Shown here: piece by piece, positions 16,292 to 24,672 of the stretch | Layout of the letters: each line of letters starts with the position of its first letter | How positions within the stretch are numbered: position 1 is the first letter of the stretch | Source of the DNA: Chthonomonas calidirosea | GTDB lineage: Bacteria; Armatimonadota; Fimbriimonadia; Fimbriimonadales; Fimbriimonadaceae | Length of the DNA: 24,775 nt | Assembly (NCBI GenBank): GCA_945859975.1 | Contig: CAMAPH010000041.1 | Location: 1 to 24,775, forward strand | Direction of reading: 5' to 3' | Made by a program: the position numbers and the translations under genes | Notes under the pieces: model-generated | What the model was told of the DNA's origin: nothing | Seen by the model: only the letters and a program-made list of their open reading frames with translations | Database searches by the model: none

Positions 16292-16297
16292 ATCGTA
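16292..16297 (-). promoter_or_regulatory. Putative -10 box (TACGAT) of the atp operon, leaderless
   Basis: The - strand reads GG-TACGAT-GAAGCC-ATG, a 6-nt spacing with no SD. Confidence 0.6.
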
Positions 16298-16337
16298 CCG
16301 CCCGCGTCCATTTCTGGTACAGCTACGTCTACATAAG

Positions 16338-18491
16338 ATGATGCCGAGCCGATCACTCGACATGGATGTCCAATTCCTGAAGGGAATCGGGCCTCGCCTC
16401 GCCGCCGGGTTAAAAAAGGCCGGCCTCAACACCGTCGGAGATGTCCTCTGGCGGTTCCCGCGTCGTTACGAGGACCGGACCAATCTACCGCCCATTTCGC
16501 AGACCACGCCCGGGCACGTTGCGACCATCCGTGGTGCCATCGCCCGCGTGGAATCGCGCACCGTCAGAGGTGGGCGCACCATTCTCACCGCCACGGTGAA
16601 AGACCCCACTGGCCAAATCACCCTGGTGTGGTTCAACCAGCCTTGGATCAAGCGGCAACTGGAAAACGCCACCGGCGAGATCATCGCCTTCGGGAGCGTC
16701 AAGGACGCGGGCCGTCATTACGAGATGTCGAACCCAGAGTGGGAGATCGTAGACGAAGAGGATGAGAGCGAAGACTTCGCCCGCATCTTCCCGGTCTATC
16801 CATTAACCGACGGCCTTCAGCAGCGCACGGCACGCAAAGCCGCCGAAAGTTCGCTGATGTTTGCCGACGTTGCCGCGGAAACGCTTCCCGCCAGCTTTCG
16901 ACGAAAATTCCAAATGCCAGATCTGCAGATGGCACTGGAACAAATGCACCGTCCAGAATCCGAACCGATGCGCCGGCGCGCACGAGAACGCTTTGTCTTC
17001 GAGGAGTTCCTTGTTCTCCAACTCGGCCTCGCCATGCGCCGAGCAGAAACGGAACTCGAAATCGGCATCGCTTTTCCGATAACGCAACTTATTCGGGGCG
17101 AGGAGGCATCGCCCGAATCGACCCACTTGTTCGGATCTCAAGAAGCCTCCGCCCGCGAGGGGGAACCGCTATGGGAGCAAATTCGGCGCATGATGCCATT
17201 CGAATTGACGGGAGCCCAGAAGCGCGTGGTCGAAGAAATTTGGAGCGACATGGCCCGCCCGCATCCGATGAACCGCCTGGTTCAAGGCGATGTCGGATCA
17301 GGAAAAACCGCCGTCGCCGCCTGCGCGATCCTGGCCGCTATCCGAAGCGGATACCAGGCCGCCCTCATGGCCCCAACCGAAATCCTCGCCGAGCAGCACG
17401 CCCGGAACCTTACCAAGCTCTTTGCGCCCTTAAACATTCGCGTTGACCTGCTGGTAGGAAAGCACGCGGCCAAGGAAAAGAAGGAAGCGATGCGTCGACT
17501 AGCTTCGGGCGAAAGCCACCTCGCCGTCGGCACGCATGCCCTGATTCAAGAAGGCGTGCAGTTCCACAAACTCGGCCTTGCCGTGGTGGACGAGCAGCAC
17601 CGATTTGGCGTGCTGCAACGGAAGGCCCTCCGCGACAAGAGCGACACAAACCCCGACGTACTGGTCATGACCGCCACCCCGATCCCGCGCACCCTCACGA
17701 TGACGGTGTACGGCGACCTCGACCTCAGTGTCATCGACGAACTTCCTCCCGGACGGAAACCGATCAAGACCCACTGGAAGCGCCCCTCCGAACGCGAGTC
17801 GGTATATGAAGGCGTTCGAAAGATGATTGAGCAAGGCCGCCAAGCCTTCTTCGTTTGCCCGCTCGTTGGCGAAAGTGAGAAGCTCAATGTCCAGGCCGCG
17901 GAGGACCTTTACTACCGGCTCAGCACCGAAGTCTATGCGGATCTTAAGGTTGGCCTGCTACACGGCCAGATGAAGCCGAAAGAGAAGGACACCGTTATGG
18001 ACCAGTTTCGCTCTGGAGACTTTGATATTTTGGTCAGTACGACCGTCATCGAAGTCGGTGTGGACGTTCCCAACGCCAGCGTAATGGTGATCGAAGACGC
18101 CAATCGCTTCGGCCTCGCTCAACTTCACCAGCTGCGCGGCCGCGTTGGACGAGGCGCAAACCAGAGCTTCTGCATCCTCATTGCCGACGCGACGAATGAG
18201 GACAGCCGCAAGCGCATGGAAGTCATGGTCGAAACCACCGATGGCTTCCGGATTGCCGAAGAAGATCTCCGCCTTCGCGGCCCGGGCGTGATAGCTGGCA
18301 CCCAGCAGAGCGGCAATAGCGACTTCAAGATTGCCGACATTCTTCAAGATGGTCGCCAGCTCGAAATCGCCCGGCAAGCCGCCATGCAGGTCATTGAGCA
18401 GGATCCTAGGCTGGAGAATCCAGAATGGGCGATCATCCGCGAGAAGGTCCTCGCTCGGCGCTCCGACATGGCGGTGATTGCGGTTTCGTAA
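16338..18491 (+). CDS. recG: ATP-dependent DNA helicase RecG
   Basis: Motifs LKGIGP, FPRRYEDR, QGDVGSGKT, DEQHRFG, MTATPIPRTL, HQLRGRVGRG and DLRLRGPG. The start is ATG 16338 or 16341 rather than 16089. Confidence 0.96.
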   Translation: MMPSRSLDMDVQFLKGIGPRLAAGLKKAGLNTVGDVLWRFPRRYEDRTNLPPISQTTPGHVATIRGAIARVESRTVRGGRTILTATVKDPTGQITLVWFNQPWIKRQLENATGEIIAFGSVKDAGRHYEMSNPEWEIVDEEDESEDFARIFPVYPLTDGLQQRTARKAAESSLMFADVAAETLPASFRRKFQMPDLQMALEQMHRPESEPMRRRARERFVFEEFLVLQLGLAMRRAETELEIGIAFPITQLIRGEEASPESTHLFGSQEASAREGEPLWEQIRRMMPFELTGAQKRVVEEIWSDMARPHPMNRLVQGDVGSGKTAVAACAILAAIRSGYQAALMAPTEILAEQHARNLTKLFAPLNIRVDLLVGKHAAKEKKEAMRRLASGESHLAVGTHALIQEGVQFHKLGLAVVDEQHRFGVLQRKALRDKSDTNPDVLVMTATPIPRTLTMTVYGDLDLSVIDELPPGRKPIKTHWKRPSERESVYEGVRKMIEQGRQAFFVCPLVGESEKLNVQAAEDLYYRLSTEVYADLKVGLLHGQMKPKEKDTVMDQFRSGDFDILVSTTVIEVGVDVPNASVMVIEDANRFGLAQLHQLRGRVGRGANQSFCILIADATNEDSRKRMEVMVETTDGFRIAEEDLRLRGPGVIAGTQQSGNSDFKIADILQDGRQLEIARQAAMQVIEQDPRLENPEWAIIREKVLARRSDMAVIAVS

Positions 18492-19045
18492 TGGCACCGA
18501 TCTACTTTCTGACTGGCGCACCGGGAGCAGGCAAGTCCACTCTAGCCGTCGCGCTGCTACGCCACTTCGAACTCGGAATTCATATCCCGGTCGATGATCT
18601 ACGTGAGTGGGTGGTTTCAGGAATATCTCATCCTCTGCCCTGGACCGACGAAACATCACGGCAGTTCATCCTCGCCGAGAACGCAGCTTGCGATCTAGCC
18701 ATCCGCTATCAGGACGCCGGATTCGCCGTTGTGATCGATCATTGCCACAATCTCGGATCGTTCGACCCGCTGGTCAACACTCGACTCGCGGGCAGACGGG
18801 TGCATTGCGTTCTGGTCGATTGCACGCTCGAAACAAATCTAAATCGCAACGACACGCGACAGCACAAACCTTTTGATCCGGAGATGTTGCACCCGACCAT
18901 CCATGACCTGAACTTGAGACTGCGGAAAGAGGCAGAGACCTTCTCCGGTTGGCTGGTGTTTGACAACAACTCGCCAGATGTCGACGCGGCGGCGACTCGC
19001 CTTTTCGAACTCACCGAGGGCCGGGCAGGTAATTTGAATCCATGA
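18491..19045 (+). CDS. P-loop NTPase / small-molecule kinase (AAA_33/phosphotransferase-like)
   Basis: YFLTGAPGAGKST Walker A, DDLRE, VVID and a R...R lid. Starts at the TAATG overlap with the recG stop. Confidence 0.8.
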   Translation: MAPIYFLTGAPGAGKSTLAVALLRHFELGIHIPVDDLREWVVSGISHPLPWTDETSRQFILAENAACDLAIRYQDAGFAVVIDHCHNLGSFDPLVNTRLAGRRVHCVLVDCTLETNLNRNDTRQHKPFDPEMLHPTIHDLNLRLRKEAETFSGWLVFDNNSPDVDAAATRLFELTEGRAGNLNP

Positions 19046-19359
19046 AAGAAGTCACCGGACCCGAACTCGCAGCAGAACTTGCCGCTGGCAAGTCGCCATT
19101 GCTCCTAGATGTGCGGGAACCGCACGAGCTTGAGATTTCTAAACTCCCGGGAGTCCTCGCTATCCCGATGGGCGAAGTTCCGGCCCGTTTGGCGGAAGTG
19201 CCGAAGGATGCTGACATCGTCGTCATCTGCCGCAGCGGCGGCCGCAGCGGACAAATCACCCAGTTTCTGACCGATCAAGGTTACGGACTGGTTCGGAACC
19301 TAATCGGCGGAATGAACGGCTGGGCCGACCAGGTCGACCCAACAACTACAAAGTACTGA
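19042..19359 (+). CDS. Single-domain rhodanese (sulfurtransferase)
   Basis: LLDVREPHE, active-site loop CRSGGRS and NLIGGMNGW. ATGA overlap with the upstream gene. Confidence 0.92.
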   Translation: MKEVTGPELAAELAAGKSPLLLDVREPHELEISKLPGVLAIPMGEVPARLAEVPKDADIVVICRSGGRSGQITQFLTDQGYGLVRNLIGGMNGWADQVDPTTTKY

Positions 19360-19362
19360 GCC

Positions 19363-19908
19363 TTAGCCCAAAGCTTTCGTGATCGCTGCCTTCAACGTTG
19401 GGCTCTCAGGCTTTTCCTGAGGGCCGAAGCGCTTGATGAGCTTTCCGTCCTTGCCAACGAGGAACTTGGCAAAGTTCCATTCGATCTCGTCGTTCGGTCG
19501 ATCGCTGCTGGAAACGAGCCAGTTATACAGCTCGGCTCGATCCGATCCCTTGACCGAGATCTTGCTGAACATCGGGAAGCTGACGCCGTAATTTCGAGCG
19601 CAGAACTCGGAAATTTCTTCGTTCGAACCCGGCTCTTGTCCGCCGAAGTTGTTCGCCGGGAATCCTAGAACGACGAGGCCCTTGGCCTTGTTTTCCTTGT
19701 AGAGCTCTTCGAGCCCCTTGTACTGGGGTGTCAGGCCGCACTTGCTGGCGACGTTCACGATGAGCACCACCTTGCCCTTGTACTTGTCCAGCTTCAACGA
19801 TTTGCCTTCGATCGTGGCCATCGTGAAGTCGTAGAGGGACTTAGGTGCAGGCTCGGGGGAAGTCATCATGGTCGTCGAAGTAAGGGCGAGAATTGCGGCG
19901 ATGCTCAT
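19363..19908 (-). CDS. Cys-type glutathione peroxidase (BtuE/GPx family) with N-terminal signal-like peptide
   Basis: Motifs VNVASKCGLT, GFPANNFGGQEPG and WNFAKFL. Confidence 0.93.
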   Translation of the reverse strand: MSIAAILALTSTTMMTSPEPAPKSLYDFTMATIEGKSLKLDKYKGKVVLIVNVASKCGLTPQYKGLEELYKENKAKGLVVLGFPANNFGGQEPGSNEEISEFCARNYGVSFPMFSKISVKGSDRAELYNWLVSSSDRPNDEIEWNFAKFLVGKDGKLIKRFGPQEKPESPTLKAAITKALG

Positions 19909-19914
19909 ACTGAA

Positions 19915-19920
19915 ACTCTA
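19915..19920 (-). promoter_or_regulatory. Putative -10 box (TAGAGT), leaderless
   Basis: The - strand reads TAGAGT-TTCAGT-ATG, a 6-nt spacing. Confidence 0.55.
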
Positions 19921-19928
19921 CTACGTTC

Positions 19929-21335
19929 CTAACCCTGTTCTATAGCAACCTGAGCCAACCGATAAAAAATGTGCGCATAAATTCGGCTCATTTTGAACAA
20001 GTGCTCCACTTTGAGGCGTTCGTCGGTCTCGTGCGCTTTGCCATCTCCAACCCATCCTGTGCCGATACTCACCGTGTTCGGAACGGCTCGGGCGTACGTG
20101 CCGCCACCCATCGTTCCGGGTGCCAACCGCTCGCCGGTTTCAGCTTCGTGCACATCCACAATCGTCTTTACCAGTGGGTGTTCGAGAGGGAAGTAAAGCG
20201 GCGGGCTATCGCGGGAAACCTCCAGATGTGGCTTCGAGGAAAGCTCGCTGAGGAACTTCGTCGCCCGGGCCCGGAGACTCTCGCTCGAGTGCGTGACCGG
20301 ATACCGAATGTTGATGAGAAGGTGGATGTTCTCCCCGCGAGTGTCGAGCACTCCCAGGTTAGAAGTCAGGTCTCGGCTCGGCTCATCCGTTCCCGAAATG
20401 CCGATGCCAACGCCGCCGGGATGGGTCATCTCAAGCAACTCCTGGTAATAAACTTCATCTCGTACTGGAGAGATTTCGAACAGGAATCGGAACAACCGGG
20501 TAGCTGCCGAATCGCCCATGAACGGGGTCGATCCATGGGCTGCCTTTCCGGTCGTGAAGATTCCGAGCACATCGCCTTCCCAAGCGAACGTCACGTTTCG
20601 ATCCCAAGCGTCGGCCAGCTTCGACTCGACTTCCGCCCGAACCTCGCTGGAAACCCGAACCTTGGCAGAGCAGGAATCGATGACGATATTCGGTCGCTGC
20701 CCGCCGGAAACTTCGATGACTTCTAGCCCGCCTTTCTGGATCGGAACATCAATTTCAAAGTTGATGATCCCCTTCTCAGCGTGATACAGCGGCCAGCCGC
20801 TATCTGGCGCAACTCCAAAAGTCGGAATCTCCTCGGTCTGCACGTATCGCTCCACGCAGCCAAAGCCGGACTCTTCATTACAGCCAAACGCCTGTCGGAA
20901 GCGAACGCCCAAGTCTGGAGCGACCGCTTGGATGGCCTTCATGGCATAGAACGACGCCATCGTCGGACCCTTGTCATCCGTTGTTCCTCGAGCGTAGATG
21001 TAGCCGTCCTCAATCTCTGCACCAAAAGGATCGTGCTTCCATCCCGGACCGGTTGGCACGACATCCAGGTGTCCCAAGGAAAGAATCATCTTGTCCCCGG
21101 ACCCAAACTCGGCGTACCCCAGGTGACCTTCAAGGTCCGTGATCCGCATCCCCGCTTGTTCTGAAAGCGACAAAGCCAGATCCAACGCAGCTCGGTTTTC
21201 CTTGCCGTAAGGCGCATTTGGCATCGCTTCGGATTCGAGTGATGGAATTTGCAACATAGCGACGGTGTCGCGGAGCAGATCATCTTCGTGGGCGCGGAGC
21301 CAGTTTTGAATCTCGATTAACTTGGGGTCAGACAT
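19929..21335 (-). CDS. M20 family metallo-dipeptidase (PepV/Sapep-like)
   Basis: Motifs GHLDVVP, ARGTTDDKGP, NEESG, AEKG, AHGSTP, GGGTYAR and AHETDE. Start at ATG 21335 (MSDPKL). Confidence 0.9.
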   Translation of the reverse strand: MSDPKLIEIQNWLRAHEDDLLRDTVAMLQIPSLESEAMPNAPYGKENRAALDLALSLSEQAGMRITDLEGHLGYAEFGSGDKMILSLGHLDVVPTGPGWKHDPFGAEIEDGYIYARGTTDDKGPTMASFYAMKAIQAVAPDLGVRFRQAFGCNEESGFGCVERYVQTEEIPTFGVAPDSGWPLYHAEKGIINFEIDVPIQKGGLEVIEVSGGQRPNIVIDSCSAKVRVSSEVRAEVESKLADAWDRNVTFAWEGDVLGIFTTGKAAHGSTPFMGDSAATRLFRFLFEISPVRDEVYYQELLEMTHPGGVGIGISGTDEPSRDLTSNLGVLDTRGENIHLLINIRYPVTHSSESLRARATKFLSELSSKPHLEVSRDSPPLYFPLEHPLVKTIVDVHEAETGERLAPGTMGGGTYARAVPNTVSIGTGWVGDGKAHETDERLKVEHLFKMSRIYAHIFYRLAQVAIEQG

Positions 21336-21342
21336 GCCATGA

Positions 21343-21358
21343 AGGTTACCGGTACGAT
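21343..21358. promoter_or_regulatory. Back-to-back -10 boxes for the divergent dipeptidase (TAACCT, -) and galK (TACGAT, +)
   Basis: The sequence is AGGTTA-CCGG-TACGAT, with 7 nt to ATG 21335 and 8 nt to ATG 21367. Confidence 0.55.
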
Positions 21359-21366
21359 TCTCATTC

Positions 21367-22527
21367 ATGGCGCTGCAGGCAGTCAGTAATCTTTTCCACG
21401 ACCAGTTCGGAACCGATCCGTCCGTCGTGTCGGTCGCTCCCGGGCGGGTCAATCTCATTGGCGAGCACACCGACTACAACGAGGGGTTCGTCTTTCCCGC
21501 CGCCATTGATCGTGAAACTTGGGTAGCGGCCAGCCTAACCGAGGGTGAAACCTCCGTCGTTTCGTTGCAAACCGGTCCCGGACATTCCTTTTTTGCGGAT
21601 CGAGTGGAGCCGGGAAATGTTCACGGCTGGGCGCGCTACATCGCAGGAATGGCTTGGGCTTTTCGAGAGATCGGGATTCCCGTGCCAGACGCGCAGTTCG
21701 CGGTCTCCAGCAATATCCCCATGGGCAGCGGCGTGAGCTCGAGTGCAGCGCTTGAAATGGCCATTGGCACCGCTTGGCTCGCCCTGATGCGCCGAACCCT
21801 GACCCCGAGCGAACTCGCCATCCGCGGTCAGCGTTGCGAAAATGGCTTCGTCGGTGTCCAAAGCGGAATCATGGACCAGATGGCCAGCGCCAATGGCCGC
21901 GCCGGGCAAGCCATGTTCCTTGACACGCGTTCGCTCGAAATCACGTACGCGCCAATCCCATCGGAGTGGAAGATCGTTTTGCTGGAGACGGGGAAGGCCC
22001 GGGCACTCACGAAATCGGCATACAACGAGCGCCGCTCCGCATGCGAAGCCGTCGCCGCGAAACTTGGTGCCGGCAGTCTACGGGATGTTTCGCTTGAAGA
22101 CCTTGAAGCCAATCGCGATGCTGTTGGTGCGAACTACCCGCGTGCCAAGCATGTGGTCACCGAGAATATCCGGACGCTAGAGTTCGTCGATGCTTTACGA
22201 ACGTCCGATACGGAACTCGTTGGGAGCCTGATGCGCGAAAGCCACGAGAGCCTTCGCGACGACTACGAAGTGAGCTGCCCAGAACTTGACGCGATGGTAG
22301 AAGCGGCCTGGATTACCGAAGGTGGCATCGGCGCGCGACTCACCGGCGCTGGCTTTGGTGGCGCTTGTGTTGCCTTGGTCCACCAAGACCATGCAGATCA
22401 GTTTTCGGAAACGGTGATCCGGCGATACCAAGAGGCTATTGGGGATACCAACGGATATAAGGGTAACGCGCTCGTTTGTGGTACGGTTGAAGGTGCCCGA
22501 ATCACACTTTCGCGTGACGCTGAATAG
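21367..22527 (+). CDS. galK: Galactokinase
   Basis: Motifs APGRVNLIGEHTDYN, PMGSGVSSSAA, GIMDQ, SHESLRDDYEVS and GARLTGAGFGG. Confidence 0.96.
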   Translation: MALQAVSNLFHDQFGTDPSVVSVAPGRVNLIGEHTDYNEGFVFPAAIDRETWVAASLTEGETSVVSLQTGPGHSFFADRVEPGNVHGWARYIAGMAWAFREIGIPVPDAQFAVSSNIPMGSGVSSSAALEMAIGTAWLALMRRTLTPSELAIRGQRCENGFVGVQSGIMDQMASANGRAGQAMFLDTRSLEITYAPIPSEWKIVLLETGKARALTKSAYNERRSACEAVAAKLGAGSLRDVSLEDLEANRDAVGANYPRAKHVVTENIRTLEFVDALRTSDTELVGSLMRESHESLRDDYEVSCPELDAMVEAAWITEGGIGARLTGAGFGGACVALVHQDHADQFSETVIRRYQEAIGDTNGYKGNALVCGTVEGARITLSRDAE

Positions 22528-22676
22528 TGCTCCATAGTTCGCAAATTTGAACTTGTGTGCGAAATACCGGTAAATTCGCTGTAAGATTCTGACGTTCAGT
22601 GATTTCGTATTTTGGAACTCACTTTAGGTGCGCTTGAGCACCGAGAGTTCACTTACTTAAAGAAAGGTTCTTACGC

Positions 22677-22952
22677 ATGGTAGAAGCAACGTCGCCAACG
22701 CCGGTCTCACGTCCGGTTCGCTTAACAAAACGTGAAGTCGAAGTCCTCGGACTTATTGCCGCTGGCCACAGTAGCAAGGAAGCCGCAGACTCCCTTTACG
22801 TCAGTAAGCGAACGGTAGATTTCCATCTCGCAAACATCTACGACAAACTCCAGGTCAACAACCGGGTGCAGGCTTTCCGAGCGGCAACTCGACTCGGCCT
22901 CATTCCTTTCGAACCTACGATGAGCATGATGCGATTCGCCTCGGATAACTGA
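22677..22952 (+). CDS. Stand-alone LuxR/GerE-type helix-turn-helix transcriptional regulator
   Basis: LTKREVEVLGLIAAGHSSKEAADSLYVSKRTVDFHLANIYDKLQVNNRVQA, with no receiver or ligand-binding domain. Confidence 0.92.
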   Translation: MVEATSPTPVSRPVRLTKREVEVLGLIAAGHSSKEAADSLYVSKRTVDFHLANIYDKLQVNNRVQAFRAATRLGLIPFEPTMSMMRFASDN

Positions 22953-23554
22953 ACCTTCATCCACTCGAGTTCTTGTTCCCGCGCAAGTGCGCTCTTTGCC
23001 ATGCAGTTGGGGAAGATTCTCCCTGTGGCGAGTGTCGCGCCGAGATGGTGGCCCCTGGACCCATCATCATTGAGTTGGGGGAGTTGGACGCGGCGCATGC
23101 TGCTTATGGCTACGAAGGCCGGGCAGGGCAGGCGGTTCGTAAGCTGAAATTTAACCGGTCAACGAGCCTTGCTCCGTTCATGGCATGCGAGATTGCGAGG
23201 ATCGCAGGCGGGCTGACCTACGACTTTGTATGTCCGGTCCCCATCCATCTCTTGCGATGGTGCTCCCGCGGATTCAATCAAGCGGAGCTACTGTGTGCTG
23301 AGTTTCCAAGGTCCGAACGACAAGATCTCCTGCGCCGTATCCGATTCACTCGTACCCAAGTCGGACTATCCGCGCAAGATCGACGAACCAATTTGGTCGG
23401 TGCTTTTCAATCCCAATTGAATTTGGCCGGCAAACATGTGCTCGTCATTGACGACGTCGTTACCACCGGCGGAACGGCCCGTGAGTGCGCAAAGGTCCTG
23501 AAGTCAGCTGGGGCAGCGCGAGTTGAACTGGTCGTGTTCGCGTCGCAAAACTAA
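22949..23554 (+). CDS. comF: ComF/ComFC family protein (zinc ribbon + phosphoribosyltransferase domain)
   Basis: FPRKCALC...CGEC, VPIH, RGFNQA, RRTNL.GAF and VIDDVVTTGGT. The start is uncertain: CTG 22949 (overlapping the upstream TGA) or TTG 22973. Confidence 0.88.
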   Translation: MNLHPLEFLFPRKCALCHAVGEDSPCGECRAEMVAPGPIIIELGELDAAHAAYGYEGRAGQAVRKLKFNRSTSLAPFMACEIARIAGGLTYDFVCPVPIHLLRWCSRGFNQAELLCAEFPRSERQDLLRRIRFTRTQVGLSAQDRRTNLVGAFQSQLNLAGKHVLVIDDVVTTGGTARECAKVLKSAGAARVELVVFASQN

Positions 23555-24672
23555 GCTTCGCGCAAGGTCGCCACTGCCCATGCGGCAATGCCTTCCTCTC
23601 GTCCGATCGCTCCCATCCCTTCGTTCGTCGTGGCCTTGATGGAGATTTGCGAATCGGCAACGCCAAGAGCACGGGCAATTGTCTGACGCATCTCTTCGGC
23701 CTTCGGCATGATCTTCGGCTTCTCAGCAACCACCGCAATGTCTAAGTTGACGAGCGTGTACCCTGCCGATTTCGCTCGTTCGTACGCGAACTCAAGGAAC
23801 TTGATCGAGGGTGCGCCGTGCCAGCGAGGATCGGTGTTGGAAAAATGCACGCCTATATCGCCGTCTGCACGAGCCCCGAGGATCGCGTCCGTGGCAGCGT
23901 GGAGAAGGACATCCGCATCCGAGTGGCCATCAAGCGCGGTTGCTCCGGGAAAGGCAACTCCTCCGAGCATCAAAGTGCGGTCCGGATCGGTACTGAATCG
24001 ATGAACGTCGTAGCCAAATCCGGTGCGAGTGAGCGGCCCACCAAACTTGGCCCGTGCCCGCAGCACATCGGAAGCATGCGTGACCTTGAAGTTGTCTGGG
24101 CTCCCGTCGACCAGTTGCACCGGATGCCCAAGCGACTGCACCATCGAGAGTTCATCGGTGTACTCCGTGGCGGCCTTCGCGAGTGCTTCGCGGAGCCAGT
24201 CGACCCGTACCCCTTGAGGCGTCTGCATGGCTCTTAGGGTGGTGCGGTCCAACGAAGTCACCGATCCATCGGCGACGGATGTGATGCTGTCGACCACCGG
24301 TACACACGCCGCCGCCGCCCCGCAGTTCCGCGCCGTCGCAACCACCCGCGAAATGGTTTCCTCATCCACAAACGGCCGAGCTCCATCGTGGACCAAAAGA
24401 ATCTCCGTCTCCTCCGGACAGGCCTCCACTGCCGCGAAGGTCGAGTCTTGTCGTCGATCCCCTCCGAGCACATGAGCAATAGCCGGAACCTGTCGCAGCA
24501 TCTCAAGGTTGTCCGGTCGACCGACCAAAATCACGCCATCAATCTCAGGGTGATTGGCGAAGGCATCGTATGACCAACGCCACACTGGACGATCTCCAAC
24601 GGAAACGGCCAACTTATCTCGGCCAAAGCGGGTTCCGCGTCCAGCGGCGAGAATGGCCGCAATCACTTTCAT
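23551..24672 (-). CDS. ispDF: Bifunctional IspD/IspF (MEP cytidylyltransferase / MEcPP synthase)
   Basis: The IspD part has LAAGRGTRFG, VHDGARP, QTPQ and NFKVT. The IspF part has GFGYDVHRF, GHSDADVLLHA, GDIGVHF and IKATTNE. Both are in one frame. Confidence 0.95.
   Translation of the reverse strand: MKVIAAILAAGRGTRFGRDKLAVSVGDRPVWRWSYDAFANHPEIDGVILVGRPDNLEMLRQVPAIAHVLGGDRRQDSTFAAVEACPEETEILLVHDGARPFVDEETISRVVATARNCGAAAACVPVVDSITSVADGSVTSLDRTTLRAMQTPQGVRVDWLREALAKAATEYTDELSMVQSLGHPVQLVDGSPDNFKVTHASDVLRARAKFGGPLTRTGFGYDVHRFSTDPDRTLMLGGVAFPGATALDGHSDADVLLHAATDAILGARADGDIGVHFSNTDPRWHGAPSIKFLEFAYERAKSAGYTLVNLDIAVVAEKPKIMPKAEEMRQTIARALGVADSQISIKATTNEGMGAIGREEGIAAWAVATLREA

Noticed and set aside
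16089..16337. 83-aa Ser-rich N-terminal extension of the recG ORF
   Set aside because: It is antisense to the AtpZ-like gene and has low-complexity shadow-frame composition. RecG homology begins at about 16338.
16286..16432. N-terminal extension of the AtpZ-like ORF
   Set aside because: It overlaps the recG 5' end on the opposite strand, and a -10 box sits 6 nt before ATG 16285.
18425..18490. Upstream start of the P-loop ORF
   Set aside because: It lies inside recG. ATG 18491 at the TAATG overlap places Walker A at the usual N-terminal position.
19363..19908. Selenocysteine GPx
   Set aside because: The active-site codon is TGC (Cys) and the frame has no internal TGA.
21336..21470. N-terminal extension of the M20 dipeptidase ORF
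   Set aside because: It overlaps galK on the opposite strand. The family-like sequence starts at MSDPKL (21335).
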